Below, one piece after another: positions 57,040 through 64,000 of a DNA stretch of 64,000 nt. The notes under the pieces are model-generated. The model was not told where the DNA came from and ran no database searches. It worked only from the letters and a program-made list of their open reading frames with translations. Location: positions 15,626-79,625 of the forward strand of contig DAOVER010000004.1 of assembly GCA_030668875.1 (NCBI GenBank), in the 5' to 3' direction. A program made the translations under genes and the position numbers. The DNA is from Candidatus Heimdallarchaeota archaeon (GTDB taxonomy: Archaea; Asgardarchaeota; Heimdallarchaeia; Heimdallarchaeales; Heimdallarchaeaceae). Every line of letters begins with the position of its first letter. Within the stretch, counting starts at the first letter, position 1.

Positions 57040-59724
57040 TTGACAAAGATTAGGAGTAAATCTAAAATGAAGCGGTTTGATGATAGAAAACTGAAACCAA
57101 AACTTACACCGATGATGCAGCAATGGCAACAGATAAAGAATCAATACCCAGATTATTTGTTATTCTTTAGAGCTGGTGACTTCTACGAATGTTTCAATGA
57201 AGATGCAAAAGTCGCTTCTGAGATTTTGAATATCACTCTAACTGCTCGTAATATTGGAGAAAAGAAATTTCCTCTTGCTGGAGTGCCTTATCATGCAGTT
57301 GATGCATATATAGCTAAAATGGTTCAATCAGGTAATAAAGTAGCTATTGTTGAGCAGCTAGAAGATCCTAAACTTGCTAAAAAAATAGTCAAGAGAGGAG
57401 TAGTGCAGCTCGTAACTAGAGGCACAATCACTTTACCCGAATCTCTTGGGAAAAGTAGAAACAATTATCTCGTCTCAATTAAAAAAGAACAAGGAATTTA
57501 TGGATTAGCTGCACTTGATTTATCTACTGGTGAATTTTTAGTTACTGATTTCGATGAAGAGAATGCTCTTAATTTACTAGAAGTTGAGCTAACAAGATTG
57601 AAACCTTCTGAAATCATTATTGAAAGTGAATTGTGGAAATCTCTTAATATTTACTCGGACGCACAACTATGTACAATTACTTACAGAGATGATTTCTTCT
57701 TTGATACTGAGCAAGGAAAAGAAAACCTTTGTCAACATTTCAATGTATTAAGCTTGGAAGGTTTCGGAATTGGAGATTATAATCCTTCTACTGGTTCAGC
57801 TGGAGCCATCTTGAGTTATATAAAGGAAACACAGATGAGAGAAAATTTCCTTAACATCACTAAAATCAGTCCCATTTTGAGTCATGACTACATGGTCTTG
57901 GATTCAAGTACTATTAGAAATCTTGAACTTATTGAAAACTTACGTGACAGGACCGAGTATGGAACTCTTAGGCAAGTATTAGATAATACGAGAACCTTTG
58001 CTGGTTCTCGATTATTAACTTCTTGGATTCTTCGACCTAGTCTAAACCATTCTACCATTCAAACACGAATCGATTCTACTGAAGAGCTGTTAAATGATAA
58101 TATTTTGCGTGATGAAATTCGAGATGTTTTGGGTAGAATGAATGATCTTGAAAGACTTATCAGCCGTGTATGCTTGGGCAGAAGCAAACCTCGTGATTTA
58201 TTGGCACTTAGACATTCCTTGGAATTAATACCCTCACTAAAAGACCTCCTCTCAAAAACTAAAACCTCTTTACTTCAAGAAATCAGAGAAAACCTTGATC
58301 CCGTTCAAAAGGCAGTTGATACAATTACTAAAGGAATTGAAGATGAGGTTCCCGCAAGTATCAAAGATGGAAATGTGGTAAGAGAAGGATATAATGATGA
58401 GTTAGATGAATTAAGGAAGATACAAAAAAGTGGGAAATCTTTTCTAGCTTCATTAGAAGCTAGAGAGAAAGTTCAAACTGGTATAAAGACCCTCAAAGTA
58501 AGATTTAACAAAGTTTTTGGTTATTATATTGAGATACCAAAATCCGTTTCAGAAAACGTTCCTCCAGAATACGAACGGAAACAAACATTGGTTAATGCTG
58601 AAAGGTTCATAACTCCAGAATTAAAGGAGTATGAGGAAAAAATACTGAATGCAGAAGAAAAGATACTAGTATTAGAAGAACGACTATTTAACGAAATACT
58701 TGAAGAAATCAGTAAACATGCAACAGAAATTCAATTAGACGCATATAATTGTGCAATATTAGATGTGATAACTACCTTTGCACAAAATGCTGTTTACTAT
58801 AATTACATCAAACCAGAAATAATTGATAAGGATATATTGAAAATCAAAGGAGGACGTCATCCAGTAGTTGAGCAATTGCTTGAACGAACAACATTTATCC
58901 CAAACGATACTGTTCTCAAGAAAGATTCCGAGAGAATATTGATAATTACGGGGCCCAACATGGGCGGAAAAAGCACTTTATTAAGACAAGTGGCTTTAAT
59001 TGTCTTAATGGCTCAAATTGGAAGTTTTGTTCCTGCTACTTCTGCAAAAATTGGACTAACTGACAGAATATTTACAAGAATTGGTGCCCATGATATTATT
59101 GTTGAAAATAGATCTACTTTCATGGTGGAAATGTATGAATGTGCAAACATTCTAAATAATGCTACAGAAAGAAGCATAGTTATCCTAGACGAGGTTGGTA
59201 GAGGAACTTCTACATATGATGGTGTAGCCATTGCTTGGTCAATAACCGAATATCTTCACAATAATATTGGTGAAGTTGGACCAAGAACAATGTTTGCAAC
59301 ACATTATCATGAACTCATAGAATTGGAAGAATTGTGGCCCAGAGTAAAAAATTATCATGCTTCAGTTAAGAACGTTAATGGTGAAATTCATTTCTTGTAT
59401 AAAGTTAAAGAGGGTGGTATAAGTGAAAGTTTCGGGATTCATGTTGCTTCTTTAGCTGGATTACCACAGAAAGTTATAAAAGATGCAGATGCGATGCTTT
59501 CGATTTTGCACAGACAAGAGAAAAAAGAAAATGAAAAACTTGGTCACAAAAAAACTGTAAAAAGAAAAACCAAAGAAGAAGATCAAACACTAATTGAAGA
59601 GGGCACACAACTGTTAGACGAAATCTCAGGTATCAATACTGACAGAATCACTCCAATAGAAGCTTTTAATTTATTGAACCAACTAGTAGAGAAAAGTAAG
59701 AAATATCTTGAAAAAGATAAGTAA
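57040..59724 (+). CDS. mutS: DNA mismatch repair protein MutS (bacterial MutS1 type)
   Basis: N-terminal mismatch-binding motif (GDFYECF), Walker A GPNMGGKST, full domain architecture; 894 aa. Confidence 0.9.
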   Translation: MTKIRSKSKMKRFDDRKLKPKLTPMMQQWQQIKNQYPDYLLFFRAGDFYECFNEDAKVASEILNITLTARNIGEKKFPLAGVPYHAVDAYIAKMVQSGNKVAIVEQLEDPKLAKKIVKRGVVQLVTRGTITLPESLGKSRNNYLVSIKKEQGIYGLAALDLSTGEFLVTDFDEENALNLLEVELTRLKPSEIIIESELWKSLNIYSDAQLCTITYRDDFFFDTEQGKENLCQHFNVLSLEGFGIGDYNPSTGSAGAILSYIKETQMRENFLNITKISPILSHDYMVLDSSTIRNLELIENLRDRTEYGTLRQVLDNTRTFAGSRLLTSWILRPSLNHSTIQTRIDSTEELLNDNILRDEIRDVLGRMNDLERLISRVCLGRSKPRDLLALRHSLELIPSLKDLLSKTKTSLLQEIRENLDPVQKAVDTITKGIEDEVPASIKDGNVVREGYNDELDELRKIQKSGKSFLASLEAREKVQTGIKTLKVRFNKVFGYYIEIPKSVSENVPPEYERKQTLVNAERFITPELKEYEEKILNAEEKILVLEERLFNEILEEISKHATEIQLDAYNCAILDVITTFAQNAVYYNYIKPEIIDKDILKIKGGRHPVVEQLLERTTFIPNDTVLKKDSERILIITGPNMGGKSTLLRQVALIVLMAQIGSFVPATSAKIGLTDRIFTRIGAHDIIVENRSTFMVEMYECANILNNATERSIVILDEVGRGTSTYDGVAIAWSITEYLHNNIGEVGPRTMFATHYHELIELEELWPRVKNYHASVKNVNGEIHFLYKVKEGGISESFGIHVASLAGLPQKVIKDADAMLSILHRQEKKENEKLGHKKTVKRKTKEEDQTLIEEGTQLLDEISGINTDRITPIEAFNLLNQLVEKSKKYLEKDK

Positions 59725-59780
59725 TAACACGGACAGAAGTAGTTTTCTTACTAAGAAAAAAGGAATAGAATTTTGGTTGT

Positions 59781-61613
59781 TTGAAGAAAATGATTATTGA
59801 ACTTGATACTCTCACTATAAATAAAATTGCCGCTGGAGAGGTTATAGAGCGACCTGCCTCTGTTGTTAAAGAACTTGTAGAAAATTCCATTGATGCTGGA
59901 AGTACTCAAATTAAAGTTGTCCTTCAGGAAGGGGGGAAGAAACTCATTGAAGTTACAGATAATGGTTCAGGAATGAATCATGATGACGCTTTGTTATCAA
60001 TCAAAAGTCATACAACAAGTAAAATTGCTACAGCTGAAGATTTGTTTTCAATTGCAAGTTTAGGCTTTAGAGGTGAAGCTTTAGCTAGTGTAGTAAGTGT
60101 TGCCCAAGTTGAAATTTTTACCAAAAGGGAAACTGACGAACTAGGAACACATATTCAAGTTGAAGGAGGTAAAATCCTTCTTGATAAAAATATCTCCGTA
60201 GCAAGTGGGACTAAAATTACCGTAAGGAATTTATTTTATAATGTGCCTGTAAGAAGAAGGTTTCTAAAGTCTGAAACAACTGAAATGAATCATATTACAG
60301 AATACCTCACAAAGCTAGCTTTGGCATTCCCAGAAATATCCTTTTCCCTAGATCATAACAATCGTAGTGTGATAACTGCTCCTAAAGGAGACCTTATCTC
60401 TCAAATAAATTCCATATTTGGAAAAAACATTGCAAAAGCATGTATTCCGGTTTCTAAGACAGAAGATGAATACACAGTTACCGGTTTTATAACCAAACCA
60501 GAATTTTCTAGAAAATCTAGGGACTATCTTTATATCTTCGTTTTAAACCGACCTATCGTAAATAAAGTAATCACCGATGCGATTCTTCGTGGATATAGTA
60601 CAGCACTGCCACATAATAGAACCCCCATAGTTTTTCTAAATATCACAGTTCCAAAGAATGAAGTTGATGTTAATGTTCATCCCACGAAAAAAGAAGTTCG
60701 TTTTAGTAAAGAAGCTAAATTGTTTAGCCTAGTTGAACTTGCAGTAAAAGAATCTCTAGAAAAAAGCGGATTAGAGATATTTGAAAGGGTATCAGAACCA
60801 AAACACAAGCCCACAATGCTAGATCAACATTCAGCGCCAAAGGTAGTTTCTAAGACACAACCCACCCAAATACGATCATCACCTTCTCCTCCTTTAGTTC
60901 AAGATAAAGTGGGGTATAAGGTAGTGAAAACAAGAGATAAATCAATTGATCATTTCTTACCTTCTACTCACAGAGGAACTTCATATCAAAAACAAGAGCA
61001 TTCGCCAAAACCACTGATTAAAATCCTTGGAATAATCAAGGATACTTACATTATAGCTGAAACGAATGAAGGTCTTCTATTATGTGATCAACATGCTGCT
61101 CATGAGAAAATTAATTATTCTAAATATGTTGATCAAATTGAAAGAAAAAAAATTAGTGTTCAAAGTTTACTCGCACCAGTTTCAGTTAGTATAAAACCTT
61201 CAGAGTTAGAAGTTATTAATGATCTTAAAACTAAATTGAAAGAATATGGTTTTGAATTAGAAATTTTCGGTAAAAATGAGATTCTAATACGTTCAATTCC
61301 TTCGATAATGGGCGTTGCTATTTCATATGACTTAGCAAAAGATTTGATTGACATATTTAAAGAAAATATAGACCAGATTAACAAACAAACAACGCTTGAA
61401 GATTTAGGTTTTATAAAAGACATAGTTTCTATCTTTGCATGTCGAAGATCCATTAAAGCCGGTGACAAAATCTCAGTTAGTGAAGCTGAATCATTGATTG
61501 AAAATCTCTTAAAATTAGAAGAACCTTATACGTGTCCTCATGGGCGTCCAACAATGGTTATCTTGAATCAGAAGTATATCGAAGAAATATTCCAAAGAGA
61601 TTACAAATCATAA
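59781..61613 (+). CDS. mutL: DNA mismatch repair protein MutL
   Basis: GHKL ATPase N-terminus (IAAGEVIERPASVVKELVENSIDAG, DNGSGM, GFRGEAL); C-terminal dimerization domain. Confidence 0.9.
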   Translation: MKKMIIELDTLTINKIAAGEVIERPASVVKELVENSIDAGSTQIKVVLQEGGKKLIEVTDNGSGMNHDDALLSIKSHTTSKIATAEDLFSIASLGFRGEALASVVSVAQVEIFTKRETDELGTHIQVEGGKILLDKNISVASGTKITVRNLFYNVPVRRRFLKSETTEMNHITEYLTKLALAFPEISFSLDHNNRSVITAPKGDLISQINSIFGKNIAKACIPVSKTEDEYTVTGFITKPEFSRKSRDYLYIFVLNRPIVNKVITDAILRGYSTALPHNRTPIVFLNITVPKNEVDVNVHPTKKEVRFSKEAKLFSLVELAVKESLEKSGLEIFERVSEPKHKPTMLDQHSAPKVVSKTQPTQIRSSPSPPLVQDKVGYKVVKTRDKSIDHFLPSTHRGTSYQKQEHSPKPLIKILGIIKDTYIIAETNEGLLLCDQHAAHEKINYSKYVDQIERKKISVQSLLAPVSVSIKPSELEVINDLKTKLKEYGFELEIFGKNEILIRSIPSIMGVAISYDLAKDLIDIFKENIDQINKQTTLEDLGFIKDIVSIFACRRSIKAGDKISVSEAESLIENLLKLEEPYTCPHGRPTMVILNQKYIEEIFQRDYKS

Positions 61614-61629
61614 GTAAGGTGTTTATCAA

Positions 61630-62385
61630 TTGTTAAATGAGAAAGAGAAAGAAAAGTATAATCGTCAGCTCATTATTCCCGGTTTTGGTTCTGAAGGTCA
61701 ACAAAAACTTAAATCAAGCAAAGTGCTTGTAGTAGGATTAGGTGGTTTAGGTTCAGGTGTTCTTTACTATCTTGCAAGTGCTGGGATTGGTACGATAGGA
61801 ATTGTTGATAAAGACAATGTTGAATTATCAAATCTTAATAGACAAATATTACACAATGAAGAAAATTTGAATCAATCAAAAACAGATTCTGCTAGCGAGA
61901 AAATACAAAAAATGAATAAAGATATTAAAATCATACCTTATAATGAACCACTAACTCAAGAAAACGCAGAAGATATACTGTCTGGTTATGATTTTGTTGT
62001 TGAAGCTAGTGACAATTTTGAAACTAAATTTCTAGTTAATGATTTTTGTATAAAGCTGGGAATACCTTTTGTTATAGGTGGTGTTCTGCAATTTGAAGGA
62101 CAACTAATGACAGTTCTTCCAGGGAAGTCAGCGTGTTATCGCTGCATATTCAAAGAATTACCTGAAAAGGGAAGTTACCCTACAACAGACAAAGAAGGAA
62201 TTGTTGGCACAGTTGCGGGATTATTTGGGGTAATTGAGGCAAACGAAACTATAAAATACATTGTCTTTGAAGACCCAGAAAAACTGCTAACTAACAAAAT
62301 CCTCTACATAGAGCTAAAAAGTAATAATTTTGAAGTTTACGGCATTAAAAGGGACGAAAACTGCGCTATTTGTTCCAAAAAGTGA
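61630..62385 (+). CDS. ThiF/MoeB/HesA-family E1-like adenylyltransferase
   Basis: GLGGLGSG nucleotide-binding loop, NLNRQ motif, C-terminal CxxC...CxxC. Confidence 0.8.
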   Translation: MLNEKEKEKYNRQLIIPGFGSEGQQKLKSSKVLVVGLGGLGSGVLYYLASAGIGTIGIVDKDNVELSNLNRQILHNEENLNQSKTDSASEKIQKMNKDIKIIPYNEPLTQENAEDILSGYDFVVEASDNFETKFLVNDFCIKLGIPFVIGGVLQFEGQLMTVLPGKSACYRCIFKELPEKGSYPTTDKEGIVGTVAGLFGVIEANETIKYIVFEDPEKLLTNKILYIELKSNNFEVYGIKRDENCAICSKK

Positions 62386-62453
62386 CATTGATACATTAGA
62401 ATAATTATTTTGGCTTAAAAAAATGATTTAAAAGATGGAAAAAGTGATGATAT

Positions 62454-63176
62454 TTGAAATCAATGAAAAAGGAAATAATTGAACCTGAAGAACAAGAGGA
62501 TTTATTCAGATATACACCTCTTCAACGTCTTCTTGGTCACCATTTACTAGATAAACAAAGTTTCACGAATATGCCCAAAGCATACATGATTGCAACACCA
62601 ATAATTGTTGTAGCTCTTATTCTCGCATTGAACTTAGTTAATTTCGCTATTTTAGCCAGTAAAATGCAATTAGTTCCCGCAGATGAAAATGCAATAGCTC
62701 TCTTTAAAGAAAGCATCTATTTTGGTGTTCTGATTAGTGTCGTCCCTCAGATTCTATTATGGTCGGTAATCGTTCATGGTTTGATGGTCTTCTTAGAAGG
62801 GAAAGGTAAATTCCTGAAATCTCTCTCCATTTACTCAACAGCTCAAATACCAGTTGTTCTAGGTTTAATCATACTTACAATAGTTGCTAGTACTCAAACC
62901 CGAACTGTCATTTATCCATATGGATTTCCTCTTATGGGATCCTACTTATTCCAACAAACTACAGTAACCTTCAGTTATGACATCTTTCAAATCTTCAACG
63001 TGTTCTCCAGCAATTACACTTTGGCAAGTAATATTATTGTACCTCTAACATACTTGTATGCAATGATAATTGCAGCTGTAGGTTTGAGTTCAGAGCACAA
63101 AGTTCCTTTAATGATTAGCCTTTTTGTAACTGGTCTAGCCTATGTTGCTACACTGATTTTCTACTTCCTTGTATGA
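62454..63176 (+). CDS. Yip1-like polytopic membrane protein
   Basis: Five TM helices with Yip1/DUF1282-like spacing after a soluble N-terminus. Confidence 0.4.
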   Translation: MKSMKKEIIEPEEQEDLFRYTPLQRLLGHHLLDKQSFTNMPKAYMIATPIIVVALILALNLVNFAILASKMQLVPADENAIALFKESIYFGVLISVVPQILLWSVIVHGLMVFLEGKGKFLKSLSIYSTAQIPVVLGLIILTIVASTQTRTVIYPYGFPLMGSYLFQQTTVTFSYDIFQIFNVFSSNYTLASNIIVPLTYLYAMIIAAVGLSSEHKVPLMISLFVTGLAYVATLIFYFLV

Positions 63177-63247
63177 TTTGTTTATTCTTTTCTTTCTTTT
63201 CATTTCTATTAATAATCTTTAAAGCATCATTATGAAATTATAGTACA

Positions 63248-64000
63248 ATGAAGAAAAAACTTGAAGTAGCCTTAGTTGGTTGTGGTGCTGTTGCAGAATA
63301 TTACCACTTGCCTGTTTTGCAAAGAATGCCAGAATATAATGTAAAATATCTTGTGGATTTAAGCAAAGATAGGGCAGAAACAATCAAGAAACGTTTTCGG
63401 ATGAGTTCTAAAACTGAAACGAATTTTGAGAAAATTTTAAACGATGACCAACTAGATGCCGTAATGATTCTTACTCCACCCACACTTCATAAAGATCAAA
63501 TATTCTTAGCAGCAGAGGCAAAAAAAGCAATATTCTGCGAGAAACCATTATCAATGAATGTCAATGAGGCTGTAGAGATTGTTGGTATATGCAAGAAAAA
63601 TGATGTTCCTATTCTCCCAGGTTATCAAATGCGTTTTGATGGAAAGTATTCAAAGATTAAAGAACTCATAGATAAGAAAATGTTTGGAGAACTCATAGGA
63701 GGACAAGGATTGCACTTTGCTAATGCATTTGAATGGCCAAGTGTTTCTAAGTTTCAAATAGATGATAAGAAAGGTGGGGGGGCACTATTTGAGATGATGC
63801 ATTTTGTAGATTTATCAACCTGGTATTTTGGTAAAGCAATATCTATGACTGCGACAATATCTAAAAAGAAGAAGAAATCACCTATAGATGACACTGCAAA
63901 CTTGCACATAACCTTTGAAAATGATGTTTCGGTTTCATTAAGTATAGGTTGGAACACCATAACTGTAAATTCTTTTACTGTTTATGGAACAGAGGGATAT
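63248..64000 (+). CDS. Gfo/Idh/MocA-family NAD(P)-dependent oxidoreductase; C-terminally truncated by the window end
   Basis: Hand translation from the ATG at 63248: MKKKLEVALVGCGAVAEYYHLPVL (Rossmann fold), EKPLSMN and GxQ motifs. Open to the window edge. Confidence 0.7.
   Translation, partial: MKKKLEVALVGCGAVAEYYHLPVLQRMPEYNVKYLVDLSKDRAETIKKRFRMSSKTETNFEKILNDDQLDAVMILTPPTLHKDQIFLAAEAKKAIFCEKPLSMNVNEAVEIVGICKKNDVPILPGYQMRFDGKYSKIKELIDKKMFGELIGGQGLHFANAFEWPSVSKFQIDDKKGGGALFEMMHFVDLSTWYFGKAISMTATISKKKKKSPIDDTANLHITFENDVSVSLSIGWNTITVNSFTVYGTEGY

Noticed and set aside
1-64000. Search for CRISPR arrays, cas genes, transposases or prophage genes
   Set aside because: No regularly spaced direct repeats with unique spacers, no Cas-like or transposase-like ORFs were found. 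The only mobile element is the MetK intein.

Overview
AT-rich (~32% GC) archaeal chromosomal window, gene-dense on both strands with Shine-Dalgarno-led starts (GGTGA/GGAGG). Archaeal markers: ribosomal proteins uS19 and eS26, aCPSF1/FttA, TrmY, TrmI, Trm112, a Tma20/MCT-1-like PUA protein, a presenilin/SPP homolog, a tRNA-Arg with an archaeal-type intron, and secreted glycoproteins with C-terminal sorting signals. These sit next to a bacterial-type repair and metabolism set: UvrB-UvrC, MutS-MutL, and a bacterial-type MetK that carries a LAGLIDADG intein. Housekeeping genes include enolase, DeoC, an M32 carboxypeptidase, ThiL-like, threonine dehydratase, NUDIX, FKBP, HD and metallophosphoesterase. 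The strongest candidate for an undescribed system is a tightly packed five-gene cluster (2776-8699): a Ras-like protein with degenerate G motifs, a MoxR-type AAA+ ATPase with a Cys-rich insertion, a VWA/MIDAS protein, a 526-aa unknown protein and a HEAT-repeat protein. Other notable items: a GC-rich structured intergenic island (29840-30007) that looks like an unassigned ncRNA, an internal ~130-nt duplication plus 42-nt tandem repeats inside a double-FtsX ABC permease gene, a stand-alone A-type ATPase subunit E-like gene, and a possible split NSUN/PUA gene pair next to FttA. No CRISPR array, integrase or transposase was seen.
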